64,000 nt of DNA from Squalus acanthias (Eukaryota), in contig CM059427.1 in NCBI GenBank assembly GCA_030390025.1, forward strand, positions 29,140,001 through 29,204,000. Direction: 5' to 3'. A program made the translations under genes and the position numbers. Under the pieces are notes generated by a model, which was not told the origin of the DNA, made no database searches, and saw only the letters and a list, made by a program, of their open reading frames with translations. Each line of letters starts with the position of its first letter. The stretch's first letter is position 1. Positions 51,701-59,140 of this stretch are shown here, piece by piece.

Positions 51701-54700
51701 AATCAAGGCTGGGAACTGAACATCCAGGGGTATTCAACATTCAGAAAGGATAGAATAAAAGGAAAAGGGGGTGGGGTAGCATTGCTGGTTAAAGAGGAGA
51801 TTAATGCAATAGCTAGGAAGGACATCAGCTTGGAGGATGTGGAATCAATATGGGTTGAGCTGCAGAACACCAAAGGGCAGAAAACGTTAGTGGGAGTTGT
51901 GTACAGACCTCCAAACAGCAGTAGTGAGGTGGGGGAGGGTATGAAACAGGAAATCAGAGGTGCGTGCAAAAAAGGCACGGCAGTTATCATGGGTGACTTT
52001 AATATGCATATAGATTGGGCTACTCAAACTGGAAGCAATACAGTGGAGGAGGATTTCCTGGAGTGTTTAAGGGATGGTTTCCTAAACCAATATGTTGAGG
52101 AACCAACTCGAGGGAAGGCCATCCTGGACTGGGTGTTGTGTAATGAGGAGGGACTAATCAGCAATCTTGTGGTACGAGGCCCCCTGGGGAAGAGTGACCA
52201 TAGTATGGTGGAGTTCTACATTAGGATGGAGAAGGAAACAGTTAAGTCAGAGACCATGGTCCAGAACTTAAATAAGGGCAACTTTGAGGGTATGAGGCGT
52301 GAATTGGCGAGGTTAAATTGGCAAGCGATATTTAAGGGGCTATCAGTGGAAGGGCAATGGCAGACATTTAGAGATCGCATGGATGAACTACAACAATTGT
52401 ACATCCCGGTCTGGCGTAAAAATAAAAAAGGGAAGGTGGCTCAACCATGGCTAACAAGGGAAATCAGGGATAGTATTAAAACCAAGGAAGTTGCATACAA
52501 ATTGGCCAGAAGTAGCAGCAAACCCGGGGACTGGGAGAACTTCAAAACTCAGCAGAGGAGGATGAAGGGTTTGATTAGGGCAGGGAAAATAAAATATGAA
52601 AGGAAGCTTGCAGAGAACATTAAAATGGACTGCAAAAGCTTCTATAAATATGTAAAAAGAAAGAGGTTAGTAAAAACAAACGTAGGTCCCCTGCAGTCGG
52701 AAACAGGGGAAGTCGTAATGGGGAACAAGGAAATGGCAGATCAATTGAACAAGTACTTTGGTTCGGTGTTTACTGTGGAGGACACACACAACCTGCCGGA
52801 AATAAAGGGTCAGAGGACCTGGTAAGAGGGAGGAGCTGAGGGAAATCCTTATTAGTCGGGAAAAGGTATTGGGGAAATTGATGGGACTGAAGGCTGAAAA
52901 ATCCCCGGGGCCTGATGGTCTGCATCCCAGAGTACTTAAGGAGGTGGCCTTGGAAATAGTGGATGCATTGACGATCATTTTCCAACATTCCTTAGACTCT
53001 GGATCAGTTCCGATGGAGTGGAGGGTGGCCAATGTAACCCCTCTTTTTAAAAAAGGAGGGAGGGAGAAAGCAGGGAATTATAGACCGGTCAGCCTGACAT
53101 CGGTCGTGGGTAAAATGATGGAAGCAATTATTAAAGATGTCATAACAGACCATTTGGAAAGTGGCGACATGATAGGTCCAAGTCAGCATGGATTTGTGAA
53201 AGGGAAATCATGCTTGACAAATCTTCTGGAATTTTTTGAGGATGTTTCCAATAGGGTGGACAGGGGGGAACCAGTAGATGTGGTGTATTTGGACTTTCTG
53301 AAGGCCTTCGACAAGGTCCCACACAAGAGATTGGTGAGCAAAGTTAAAGCACATGGGATTGGGGGTAATGTGTTGACGTGGATTGAGAACTGGTTGGCAC
53401 ACAGGAAACAAAGAGTAGGAGTAAATGGGTACTTTTCAGAATGGCAGGCAGTGACCAGCGGGGTACCGCAGGGTTCGGTGCTGGGACCCCAGCTGTTTAC
53501 ATTATATATTAATGATTTGGACGAAGGGATTAAATGTAATATCTCCAAATTTGCGGATGACACTAAATTGGGAGGCAGTGTGAACAATGAGGAGGATGCT
53601 AGGAGGCTACAGAGTGACTTGGACAGGTTGGGTGAATGGGCAAATGTATGGCAGATGAAGTACAATGTGGATAAATGTGAGGTTATCCACTTTGGTGGTA
53701 AAAATAGAGAGGCGGACTATTACCTGAATGGTGGCAGATTAGGGAAAGGGGACGTGCAACGAGACCTGGGCGTCATGGTACATCAGTCACTGAAGGTGGG
53801 AATGCAAGTGCAGCAGGCAGTCAAGAAAGCAAACGGAATGATGGCCTTCATAGCAAGGGGATTTGAGTACAGGAGTAGGGAGGTGATGCTACAGTTGTAC
53901 AGGGCCTTGGTGAGGCCACACCTGGAGTATTGTGCGCAGTTTTGGTCTCCTAACTTAAGGAAGGACATTCTTGCTATTGAGGGAGTGCAGCGAAGGTTCA
54001 CTAGATTGATTCCTGGGATGGCCGGACTGACATATCAAGAAAGATTGGGTCAACTGAACTTGTATCCTCTGGAGTTCAGAAGAATGAGGGGGGATCTTAT
54101 AGAGACATTTAAAATCCTGACTGGTTTAGACAAATTAGATGCGGGCAGAATGTTCCCAATGGTAGGGAAAACTAAAACCAGGGGTCACAGTCTAAGGATT
54201 AAGGGGAAGCCATTTAGGACTGAGCTGAGGAGGAACTTCTTCACCCAGAGAGTGGTGAATCTATGGAATTCTCTTCCACAGAAGGTTGTTGAGGCCAGTT
54301 TGCTAAATATATTCAAAAGGGAGTTAGATATAACACTCACAACTAGGGGGATGGCGAGAAAGCAGGAATGGGGTACTGAGGTAGCATGTTCAGCCATGAA
54401 CGCATCGAAGGACCGAATGGTCTACTCCTGTACCTATTTTCTATGTTTCTATGTTTCTATACTTGTAACGCTGATCTTGTGGAAGAAAGTGATGTTAGAA
54501 TTATGAATTATGCAAACAAGTGCAAGTTTAACTGACTAGTATAAGTTATAAGATTATAAGGCACTGGAGTATTTACTACCATATATACACAGCAATCTAA
54601 ATCCGTGCAGAACAATGGTGAGTGGGGAGCCTCTGTATATGGACCATGGGAACACCACCACCTCCAAGTTCCCCTCCAAGTCACACACCATCCTGACTGA

Positions 54701-57700
54701 GAAGTATATCGCCGATCCTTCATCGTCACTGGGTCAAAATCCTGGAACTCCCTTCCTTACAGCACTGTGGGAGTACCTTCACCACACGGACTGCAGCGGT
54801 TCAAGAAGGCAGCTCACCACCACCTTCTCGAGGGCAATTAGGGATTGGCAGTAAATGCTGGCCTTGCCAGCGACACCCACATCCCATAAACAAAAAAAAA
54901 ATTAAAGTTATCAGTGAATTGTAATTACGAATGAAGAATTCTTATCCCTTTATTGTATCTTCACTTTTTAAGACCTTTAAAATGGTAGACTACGAGGATG
55001 AGCTCGAACTGTTGACTGTTTTGGCAGTAGCTCCAACAGATATTGAAGGAAACACTCATCTAGATTTTTACGACAACCAATCTGGCATCTTAATTAAGAG
55101 TGTTCCAATAAGGGAACGATGGGACGTTGTAAGTATGACCAGTAACTTGTCATTTGGTTTAATATATTGTTTGCTTGGCTGTCTTGTTGAAGTACCATAG
55201 AACTTTTGAGATATGTGTTCATACCTGTGATTCTCCACACATTAGCTACCAATCTCAGTCATGTCACCATGGGATGGAGACCAAACACTTCCTCATGGAA
55301 GCAGGAGAAAGGAGATAAAAGCTGATAAGGAGCTAGTCCGACCCACTTTCACATGCCTCCTAGTAACTGATCAGAGCATCACTAATGGAGGCCTGGGAGC
55401 AGCTTTGCCAGCTCATCCTCTTAACTGGGAATAGTGGATGGTATGGGCAGATGTAGAAAGGGGAAAAGAAAGAAACCTTTATGTATGCTCACTTTGAAAT
55501 TGTGTGCCAAAGCTTGGCACTCTACTAACTACATCTAAAGGCCTTTAACTAATGGTGTACAAAAGGTGACATCTACCCTTTGGTATTGGCTTCTAATTAA
55601 CCTATGTTGTGGAGCAACTAAATAATATACCAATGGAACACCCATTTAATCTCACTTGAGGAAAGTCTTAAGTATTTGGATGCAATGAAGATTATTACAA
55701 ATACAGACTTTAATACTTCCCATTAGTCATATGAGCTGTGTCACTTTCCAAAGGTGAACAATGCCAGCTTTCAAATCACCTGTGTAGGATTTAAATCTAT
55801 GTGGCAGTGTCAACCCCAAATACTACTTGCACAATTGAATAAGGACTGGTAATAAATATTCACTCCACAGTAAAACAAAAAAGGGACAATGAAAACATAT
55901 TTTCAATTTATTGTTGCTCACTAGACAAATAAAAGCCACTCAGGCCTTCAGTTTAGTGTGTAGGTATGGTATTGTAGATAAGATTTACAGAAGTAATGAG
56001 GTGATGCACTTTGTTATCTCCTCAAAATATCGAAACCTATGGCATTTAACGTAGGTTAATACCTTGCAGTTTTTATAAACTATTAGTCTGTTAAACAAAA
56101 AGACAGTAGGATCAACATAATGAACTGGTCTTTCTACAAAATACTACACATCACAATTTCCAGTCATACAGCATAGAAATAGGCCATTCGGCATATCAAG
56201 TTCTCCACATCAGTCTAATCCTACCCACTCTTCTCTCATTCCCCTTGCTCTTTAATTCTCTTTTTCAAGCAACTACCTAATTCCCTTTTTTTTAAAAAAC
56301 GATGGACTCTGTTTCAACGATGGTTTGTGTCCGAAAACGCCACATTCTACCCACCTTCTAAAGAAATATTTTCTAACCTCCCTTTAATTTTTGTAATTAT
56401 CTTAAATTTGCACCCTCTTGCTACCATCTCGCTGACAGTGAAAACAAGATTAACCGCATAATAACCCTTCATAATCTTGATAACCTCTATCACTTTTAAC
56501 ATTATAAACAAAAATCAAAATACTGCAGATACTGAAAACAAAAGCAGAAAAAACTGGAAATGCCCAGCCGGTCAGGCAGCATCTGTGGAGATACAGAAGT
56601 CACTCCGTTGCCGTTTCAGGTCCTGATGAAGGGCGTTAAAACCTGAAACATTGACTGACTTCTGTTTATCCAGAGATGCTGCCTGACCTGCTGAGTATTT
56701 ACAGCTTTTTCTGGGGTTTTTTTTGTTTTCCTCTTTTAACCTTCTCCGTTCTAGTGACAAAAGCCTTAACTTCAAGGGGGAAAAATTTGGTATCGACCAT
56801 TTTGGGGTGCTAACATTAGCGGCGGTGACCGCGAAATTGAGTTTTAGCGCCCTAAGAGGGAAGTGGAGCGCTAAATTAAGCGCTCCACTTCTTCCTTGGG
56901 GTGCTAACGCGGAGAGCGGGGCAGAGACTTCAGCAGCGCTGCACACTGGGCCGTGCAGCGCTGCCGCGTTCAAAGGCTCCTTCTCTCCCTTAAAGGGAAG
57001 GGCCATCGCTGCAGGCTTTGCAATTTAAAAATACCTACCTGGACCACCAAGGCAGCCGCGATCCCGTGCAATCAGCCCGGCACTCAAGCAGAGTGGCGGG
57101 CTGATCGATCGCGGGCAGAAACCCCCGGGGCGCTAACGGGAGGTGCAAAGGCACCCAATTTCACCCCCCAAGTCTTTCTTGATAACTGTTAAGCCCCATC
57201 CCTGATAACATCCCTAGTGAATCCATTCTGTACCTTTTCCATTGCTTTTAGATCCTTCCTATGCACTTTGTATATATAATATAGTCCCTCACTGACCTGC
57301 TAATGTGCCACAGATTGTTTATGGCGTCCTCACTAAGAATATAAAATATTGCAGTACAAATATAAAATACAAAATTTTCCAACACCAGCCTGAATATATA
57401 AGTGTTTTATTTTAAAGTTCTCCCCTCCCTTACTCTTCTGAAGAACCTGACTCCTTGCTGAGGTATGGTTCCATAGGACCCTGTGGCCATCTGGTACCTC
57501 ATCCTAGTGGCCATTATTCATGTGAGTGTTGGCAGTCTATCAACTGCAGAGGCTACCATAGCTGAGCCCAATCCTGTTAACCTGAAACACACACACACGC
57601 ACTTTTGGATAGTGATCAGTTATAGGAATCCTGAGCAAAATTCTCATTCCAAGCCTAAAGGTGGTGAGGCCAGTTGTAAATCTGCTGTCTTGATGTGTGA

Positions 57701-59134
57701 TGAAATGTTAGAGTGAGTGTTATAGAATGTTAGAGTGAGTGTGAATAAACGGGTCATTTTTCGGCTTGGGAGGCTGTAACTAGTGGGGTACCGCAAGGAT
57801 CAGTGCTCGGGCCTCAGCTATTCACAATCTATATCAATGATTTGGGTGAGGAGACCAAATGTAATATATCCAAGTTTGCTGATGATACAAAGCCAGGTGG
57901 GAATGTAAGTTGTGAGAAGGATGCAAAGAGGCTTCAAGGGAATATAGACGAGCTAAGTGAGTGGGCAAGAACATGGCAAATGGAATATAATGTGGAGAAA
58001 TGTGAAGTTATCCACTTTGGTAGGAAAAATAGAAAAGCAGAGTATTTTTTAAATGGTGAGAGATTGGGAAATGTTGGTGTTCAGAGGGATCTGGGTGTCC
58101 TTGTACACGAATCACTGAAAGTTAACATGCAGGTACAGCAAGCAATTAAGAAAGCAAATGGTATGTTGGCCTTTATTACAAGAGGATTTGAGTATAAGAG
58201 TAAAGATGTCTTACTGCAATTATATAGGGCCCTGGTGAGACCACACCTGGAGTATTGTGTACAATATTGGTCTCCTTACCTAAGGAAGGATATACTTGCC
58301 ATAGAGCGAGTGCAACAAAGGTTCACCAGACTGATTCCTGGGATGGGGGGATTGTCCTATGAGGAGAGATTGAGTAGACTAGGCCTATGTTCTTTAGAGT
58401 TTAGAAGAATGTGAGGTGATCTCATTGAAACATACAACATTTTTACAGGGCTTGACAGGGTAGATGCAGGGAGGATGTTTCCCCTGGCTGGGGAGTCTAG
58501 AACCAGGGGTCAGTCACAGTATCAGAATAAGGGGTCGGCCATTTAGGACTGAGAAGAGGAGAAATTTCTTCACTCGGAGGGTGGTGAATCTTTGGAATTC
58601 TCTACCCTGGAGGACTGTGGAGGCTCAGTCATTTAGTATATTCAAGACAGAGGTCGATAGATTTTTGGATATTAAGGGAATCAAGAGATATGGGGATAGT
58701 GCAGCAAAGTGGAGTTGAAGTAGAAGATCAGCCATGATCTTATTGAATGGCAGAGCAGGCCCGAGGGGCCGAATGGCCTACTCCTGTTCCTATTTCTTAT
58801 GTTCTTATGTCTTTGCCCCACCTGAAACTAATGCAGCTAGCCCAGCACAGACTGGGAATCAAACCTGAAACTTTTCCAATTTATGTGGCTTAGCTACTCA
58901 TTCAGTTAACTCGGATAGCCAATGTGGGAACTAGGCATGGAAACACGTGTGTGTGACTCCCACATACCTTGCTTTACAGGTTTTACAAGAATGTTTTTTT
59001 TAAATTTGCAGACCTACAGTCATCAACTGTTCTTCGACAGAGATACGATTATACATATAGAACAGCTGGCAAACCGAAGCTTTTGCTGTCACGTTTACAA
59101 AATGGTTCAACATACGGCTGAAGGTGGAGACTGA
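18603..59134 (+). CDS. DCAF17: DCAF17 (DDB1- and CUL4-associated factor 17), complete 14-exon CDS, 522 aa
   Basis: join(18603-18755,22899-23002,23228-23318,28352-28488,31645-31723,33143-33232,36345-36452,39116-39221,39318-39460,42693-42802,43659-43746,47925-48005,54973-55128,59012-59134) = 1569 nt. All introns are GT-AG with consistent phases. The translation follows the recalled human DCAF17 sequence throughout, and the gene is head-to-head with METTL8. Confidence 0.95.
18925..19215 (+). mobile_element. Old CR1 3' fragment
   Basis: ATAGAAGTGTTTAAAATTATGAAGGG...AGGAGGAACTTTTTT similar to other CR1 3' ends. Confidence 0.65.
19222..19350. mobile_element. Miniature fold-back Penelope pLTR derivative
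   Basis: AAATACTCAGCAGGTCAGGCAGCAT is inverted against ATGTTGCCTGACCTGCTGAGTATTT. Confidence 0.7.
20672..21377. mobile_element. Harbinger-type MITE (family A)
   Basis: GGGCCGTATTTTGC ... GCAAATGTTGGGCC, TSD AAT (20669-20671, 21378-21380). Confidence 0.82.
21706..21860 (+). mobile_element. Short CR1 3' end
   Basis: TTCAAGACTGAGATCGATAGATTTT...GGAGCAGGCTCGAGGGGCTGAATGGCCTA. Confidence 0.75.
21965..22343 (-). mobile_element. Deu-domain tRNA SINE
   Basis: Reverse complement of the SINE body (GGGATCTTTTACATCCAC...AAAGACGGCACCTC). Confidence 0.8.
22899..23002 (+). CDS. DCAF17: DCAF17 coding exon 2
   Basis: [34 protein letters not shown]; tttcAG / GTAAGT. Confidence 0.93.
23228..23318 (+). CDS. 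DCAF17: DCAF17 coding exon 3
   Basis: [30 protein letters not shown]; tcAG / GTGAGT. Confidence 0.93.
23660..24110 (-). mobile_element. Ancient L1-type ORF2 C-terminal fragment
   Basis: Minus-strand VLH.T....YP....CSRC....ANL resembles the Cys-rich C-terminus of fish L1 ORF2; heavily decayed. Confidence 0.45.
24479..24665. repeat. Old palindromic MITE-like element
   Basis: Nested inverted matches: GGCCTTGAAATT/AATTTCTAGG, AATGTGTTCATCTGAGATTCC/GGAATTTTAGATAAATACATT, TATTTTAGTGG/CCACTAAAATA. Confidence 0.55.
24784..24950. mobile_element. 167-bp fold-back Penelope pLTR derivative
   Basis: Perfect 14-bp TSD AGTGTTAGAAGGAA (24770-24783, 24951-24964); 45-bp inverted repeat 24824-24868 / 24881-24925. 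Confidence 0.85.
25096..26021. mobile_element. Harbinger-type MITE (family A) with a nested insert
   Basis: TIR GGGCCG(G/T)AT(A/T)TTCCGAT, TSD ACT (25093-25095, 26022-26024). Confidence 0.86.
25284..25498 (-). mobile_element. Second-family Penelope pLTR fragment nested in the MITE
   Basis: TSD AAAGCA (25278-25283, 25499-25504); minus strand carries CTGACGA-A-GGGGC(AGCA)GCTCC-GAAA-GCT hammerhead-like core. Confidence 0.65.
26420..27845 (+). mobile_element. Decayed copy of the divergent CR1-clade LINE, with a nested minus-strand CR1 tail (~26996-27150)
   Basis: Colinear with ~8544-9780; interrupted by CATAAGAACAGAAAAAAATGGGAACAGGAGGCC reverse CR1 tail. Confidence 0.78.
28352..28488 (+). CDS. 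DCAF17: DCAF17 coding exon 4
   Basis: [45 protein letters not shown](R); aAG / GTATT. Confidence 0.92.
28756..29235 (-). mobile_element. CR1 3' fragment
   Basis: ATCATAGAATCATACAGCACAGAAGGAGGCCATT reverse tail followed by reverse RT C-terminus. Confidence 0.82.
29260..31605 (+). mobile_element. 5'-truncated CR1 LINE interrupted by a MITE
   Basis: [25 protein letters not shown]; continues after 30878 to the 3' UTR. Confidence 0.88.
30196..30875. mobile_element. Harbinger-type MITE
   Basis: TIR GGGCTGGATTTT / AAAATCCAGCCC with canonical TAA TSD (30193-30195, 30876-30878). Confidence 0.88.
31645..31723 (+). CDS. DCAF17: DCAF17 coding exon 5
   Basis: [26 protein letters not shown]; acAG / GTGAGT. 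Confidence 0.92.
33143..33232 (+). CDS. DCAF17: DCAF17 coding exon 6
   Basis: [30 protein letters not shown]; tttcAG / GTAAGT. Confidence 0.92.
34250..34708. mobile_element. Decayed Harbinger-type MITE (one end visible)
   Basis: Ends AAAATCCACCC|TAA; core GGAGCAGGAGTGCTC is the reverse complement of the core at ~62880. Confidence 0.5.
35110..36062 (+). mobile_element. Old CR1 RT/3' fragment
   Basis: GATGTGGTTTATATGGATTTTCAAAAAGCA ... TTCTATGATTC tail; many disruptions. Confidence 0.75.
36345..36452 (+). CDS. DCAF17: DCAF17 coding exon 7
   Basis: [36 protein letters not shown]; cctAG / GTAAAT. Confidence 0.93.
36697..37981 (+). mobile_element. Young 5'-truncated CR1 (open 385-aa RT ORF 36754-37911)
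   Basis: [27 protein letters not shown]; TTCTATGA tail; same subfamily as 16545-18118. Confidence 0.92.
38265..38355 (-). mobile_element. tRNA SINE head fragment
   Basis: Reverse complement of the A/B-box head (CTTGAACCCACAACCTTCTGACTC). Confidence 0.65.
39116..39221 (+). CDS. DCAF17: DCAF17 coding exon 8
   Basis: [35 protein letters not shown]; cacAG / GTATT. Confidence 0.92.
39318..39460 (+). CDS. DCAF17: DCAF17 coding exon 9
   Basis: (D)[47 protein letters not shown]; follows a 96-nt intron; donor GTAATG. Confidence 0.94.
39568..42075 (-). mobile_element. Old CR1 (39568-40100 and 41441-42075) split by a younger opposite-strand CR1
   Basis: Minus-strand RT motifs ([21 protein letters not shown]) are colinear on both sides of the insert. 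Confidence 0.75.
40101..41440 (+). mobile_element. 5'-truncated CR1 nested in the older CR1
   Basis: ORFs 40136-40600 and 40726-41361 (RT); tail TATGACTCTATGACT. Confidence 0.9.
42693..42802 (+). CDS. DCAF17: DCAF17 coding exon 10
   Basis: [36 protein letters not shown]; ttAG / GTAAGT. Confidence 0.94.
43659..43746 (+). CDS. DCAF17: DCAF17 coding exon 11
   Basis: (N)[29 protein letters not shown]; tcAG / GTAACT; phase fits both neighbours. Confidence 0.85.
43790..44560 (-). mobile_element. Ancient L1-type RT fragment
   Basis: Minus strand shows, in order, TRQG.P..P.LF-like, EDVLLYV (decayed YADD region) and FKYLGV. Confidence 0.6.
44943..45562. mobile_element. GC-rich Harbinger-type MITE (family B)
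   Basis: GGGGGGAAAAATT ... AATTTTTAGGCC, TSD ATT; repeated GGGGCGCTA/TAGCGCCCC motifs. Confidence 0.78.
45935..46103. repeat. Small fold-back MITE-like element
   Basis: GGATCCATAGAAACCTGG vs CCAGGGTTTCCATGGATC and TTCCACAGGG vs CCCTGCGGAA form one imperfect hairpin. Confidence 0.6.
46160..46420 (-). mobile_element. Deu-domain SINE fragment truncated by a MITE
   Basis: Reverse SINE body stops at GGGGCCTTGATTTAA where the MITE starts. Confidence 0.72.
46423..47228. mobile_element. Composite Harbinger-type MITE
   Basis: Left end GGCCTAGAATTTGC with AT-rich core; 47100-47228 is the reverse complement of the family B end at 44943-45090. Confidence 0.65.
47925..48005 (+). CDS. DCAF17: DCAF17 coding exon 12
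   Basis: [27 protein letters not shown]; caAG / GTAATT. Confidence 0.92.
48032..48560. mobile_element. TTAA-flanked non-autonomous DNA transposon
   Basis: Imperfect subterminal IR GTGACTCCTGACAATGAACCGGAAG vs CTTCCAGTTCGTTGGCAGCAGTCGC; TTAA at 48028-48031 and 48561-48564. Confidence 0.5.
48685..49990 (+). mobile_element. Penelope-like element (Neptune type): RT C-terminus, GIY-YIG endonuclease and pLTR, decayed
   Basis: LPFL...[40 protein letters not shown]; CKRRRCNT linker; NLVYCIRC....YIGET GIY-YIG; pLTR at ~49620-49990. Confidence 0.9.
50529..51407 (+). CDS. CR1 ORF1 (partial Zn finger, coiled coil, SGNH/GDSL esterase)
   Basis: Open 292-aa frame with CGKC, IGDSIVR, HVGTND and RDGLH motifs; 5'-truncated. 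Confidence 0.88.
   Translation: MLSDNYVCGKCVQLQLLTARMAVLELRVDSLWSMHDAENSVNRSFSELSTPQVKARTDSEWVTKKQGNIRKVVQESPVVISLQNRYAALDTVGGDGLPGEGTSSQVHGTMAGSAAQQGGKKSGRAIVIGDSIVRGIDRSFCGRNRDSRMVCCLPGARVKDVSERLQNILKREGEQPAVVVHVGTNDIGKKREEVLQAEFRELGAKLKSRTSKVVISGLLPGPRANQNRENRIVRLNTWLEQWCRREGFKFLRHWNQFWGKWDLYKRDGLHLGRTGTDVLGVKFAKAVREDLN
50537..54460 (+). mobile_element. Near full-length CR1 LINE in a DCAF17 intron
   Basis: ORF1 + ORF2 + 3' UTR with (TTTCTATG)n tail ending about 54460. Confidence 0.93.
51455..54380 (+). pseudogene. CR1 ORF2 (EN + RT) with a frameshift near 52805 and a small deletion near the C-terminus
   Basis: 456-aa and 545-aa ORFs are colinear halves of ORF2 (GITETWL, GDFN, SDH, QHGF, FADD). 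Confidence 0.9.
54646..54900 (+). mobile_element. 3' end of the divergent CR1-clade LINE
   Basis: Matches ~10165-10400 and ends in an A-rich tail about 70 nt before a DCAF17 acceptor. Confidence 0.82.
54973..55128 (+). CDS. DCAF17: DCAF17 coding exon 13
   Basis: [52 protein letters not shown]; taAG / GTAAGT. Confidence 0.94.
56505..56730. mobile_element. Fold-back Penelope pLTR derivative
   Basis: GGTCAGGCAGCATCTGTGGA inverted against TCCAGAGATGCTGCCTGACC; central CTGATGA...GAAAC motif. Confidence 0.72.
56776..57168. mobile_element. GC-rich Harbinger-type MITE (family B)
   Basis: GGGGGAAAAATT ... AATTTCACCCCC, TSD CAA; internal similarity to 44943-45562. Confidence 0.8.
57420..58920 (-). 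mobile_element. Second old tRNA-SINE-like family, split by a CR1 (57420-57690 and 58811-58920)
   Basis: Minus-strand head with B-box-like GGTTTGATTCCC at ~58855-58866; body resembles 62440-62640. Confidence 0.45.
57738..58810 (+). mobile_element. 5'-truncated CR1
   Basis: RT ORF 57803-58414 is very similar to 4174-5168; TTCTTATG tail. Confidence 0.92.
59012..59134 (+). CDS. DCAF17: DCAF17 last coding exon
   Basis: [40 protein letters not shown]; tgcAG acceptor, TGA at 59132-59134. Confidence 0.93.
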   Translation, partial: TYSHQLFFDRDTIIHIEQLANRSFCCHVYKMVQHTAEGGD

Positions 59135-59140
59135 AATAAA
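59135..59140 (+). terminator. Candidate polyadenylation signal directly after the DCAF17 stop
   Basis: TGA followed immediately by AATAAA; U-rich tract about 50 nt downstream. Confidence 0.4.

Larger units (their letters stand above)
56165..57265 (-). mobile_element. Old CR1 3' fragment hosting two nested inserts
   Basis: Reverse CR1 tail CATACAGCATAGAAATAGGCCATTCGGC; colinear pieces flank 56505-56730 and 56776-57168. Confidence 0.65.
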
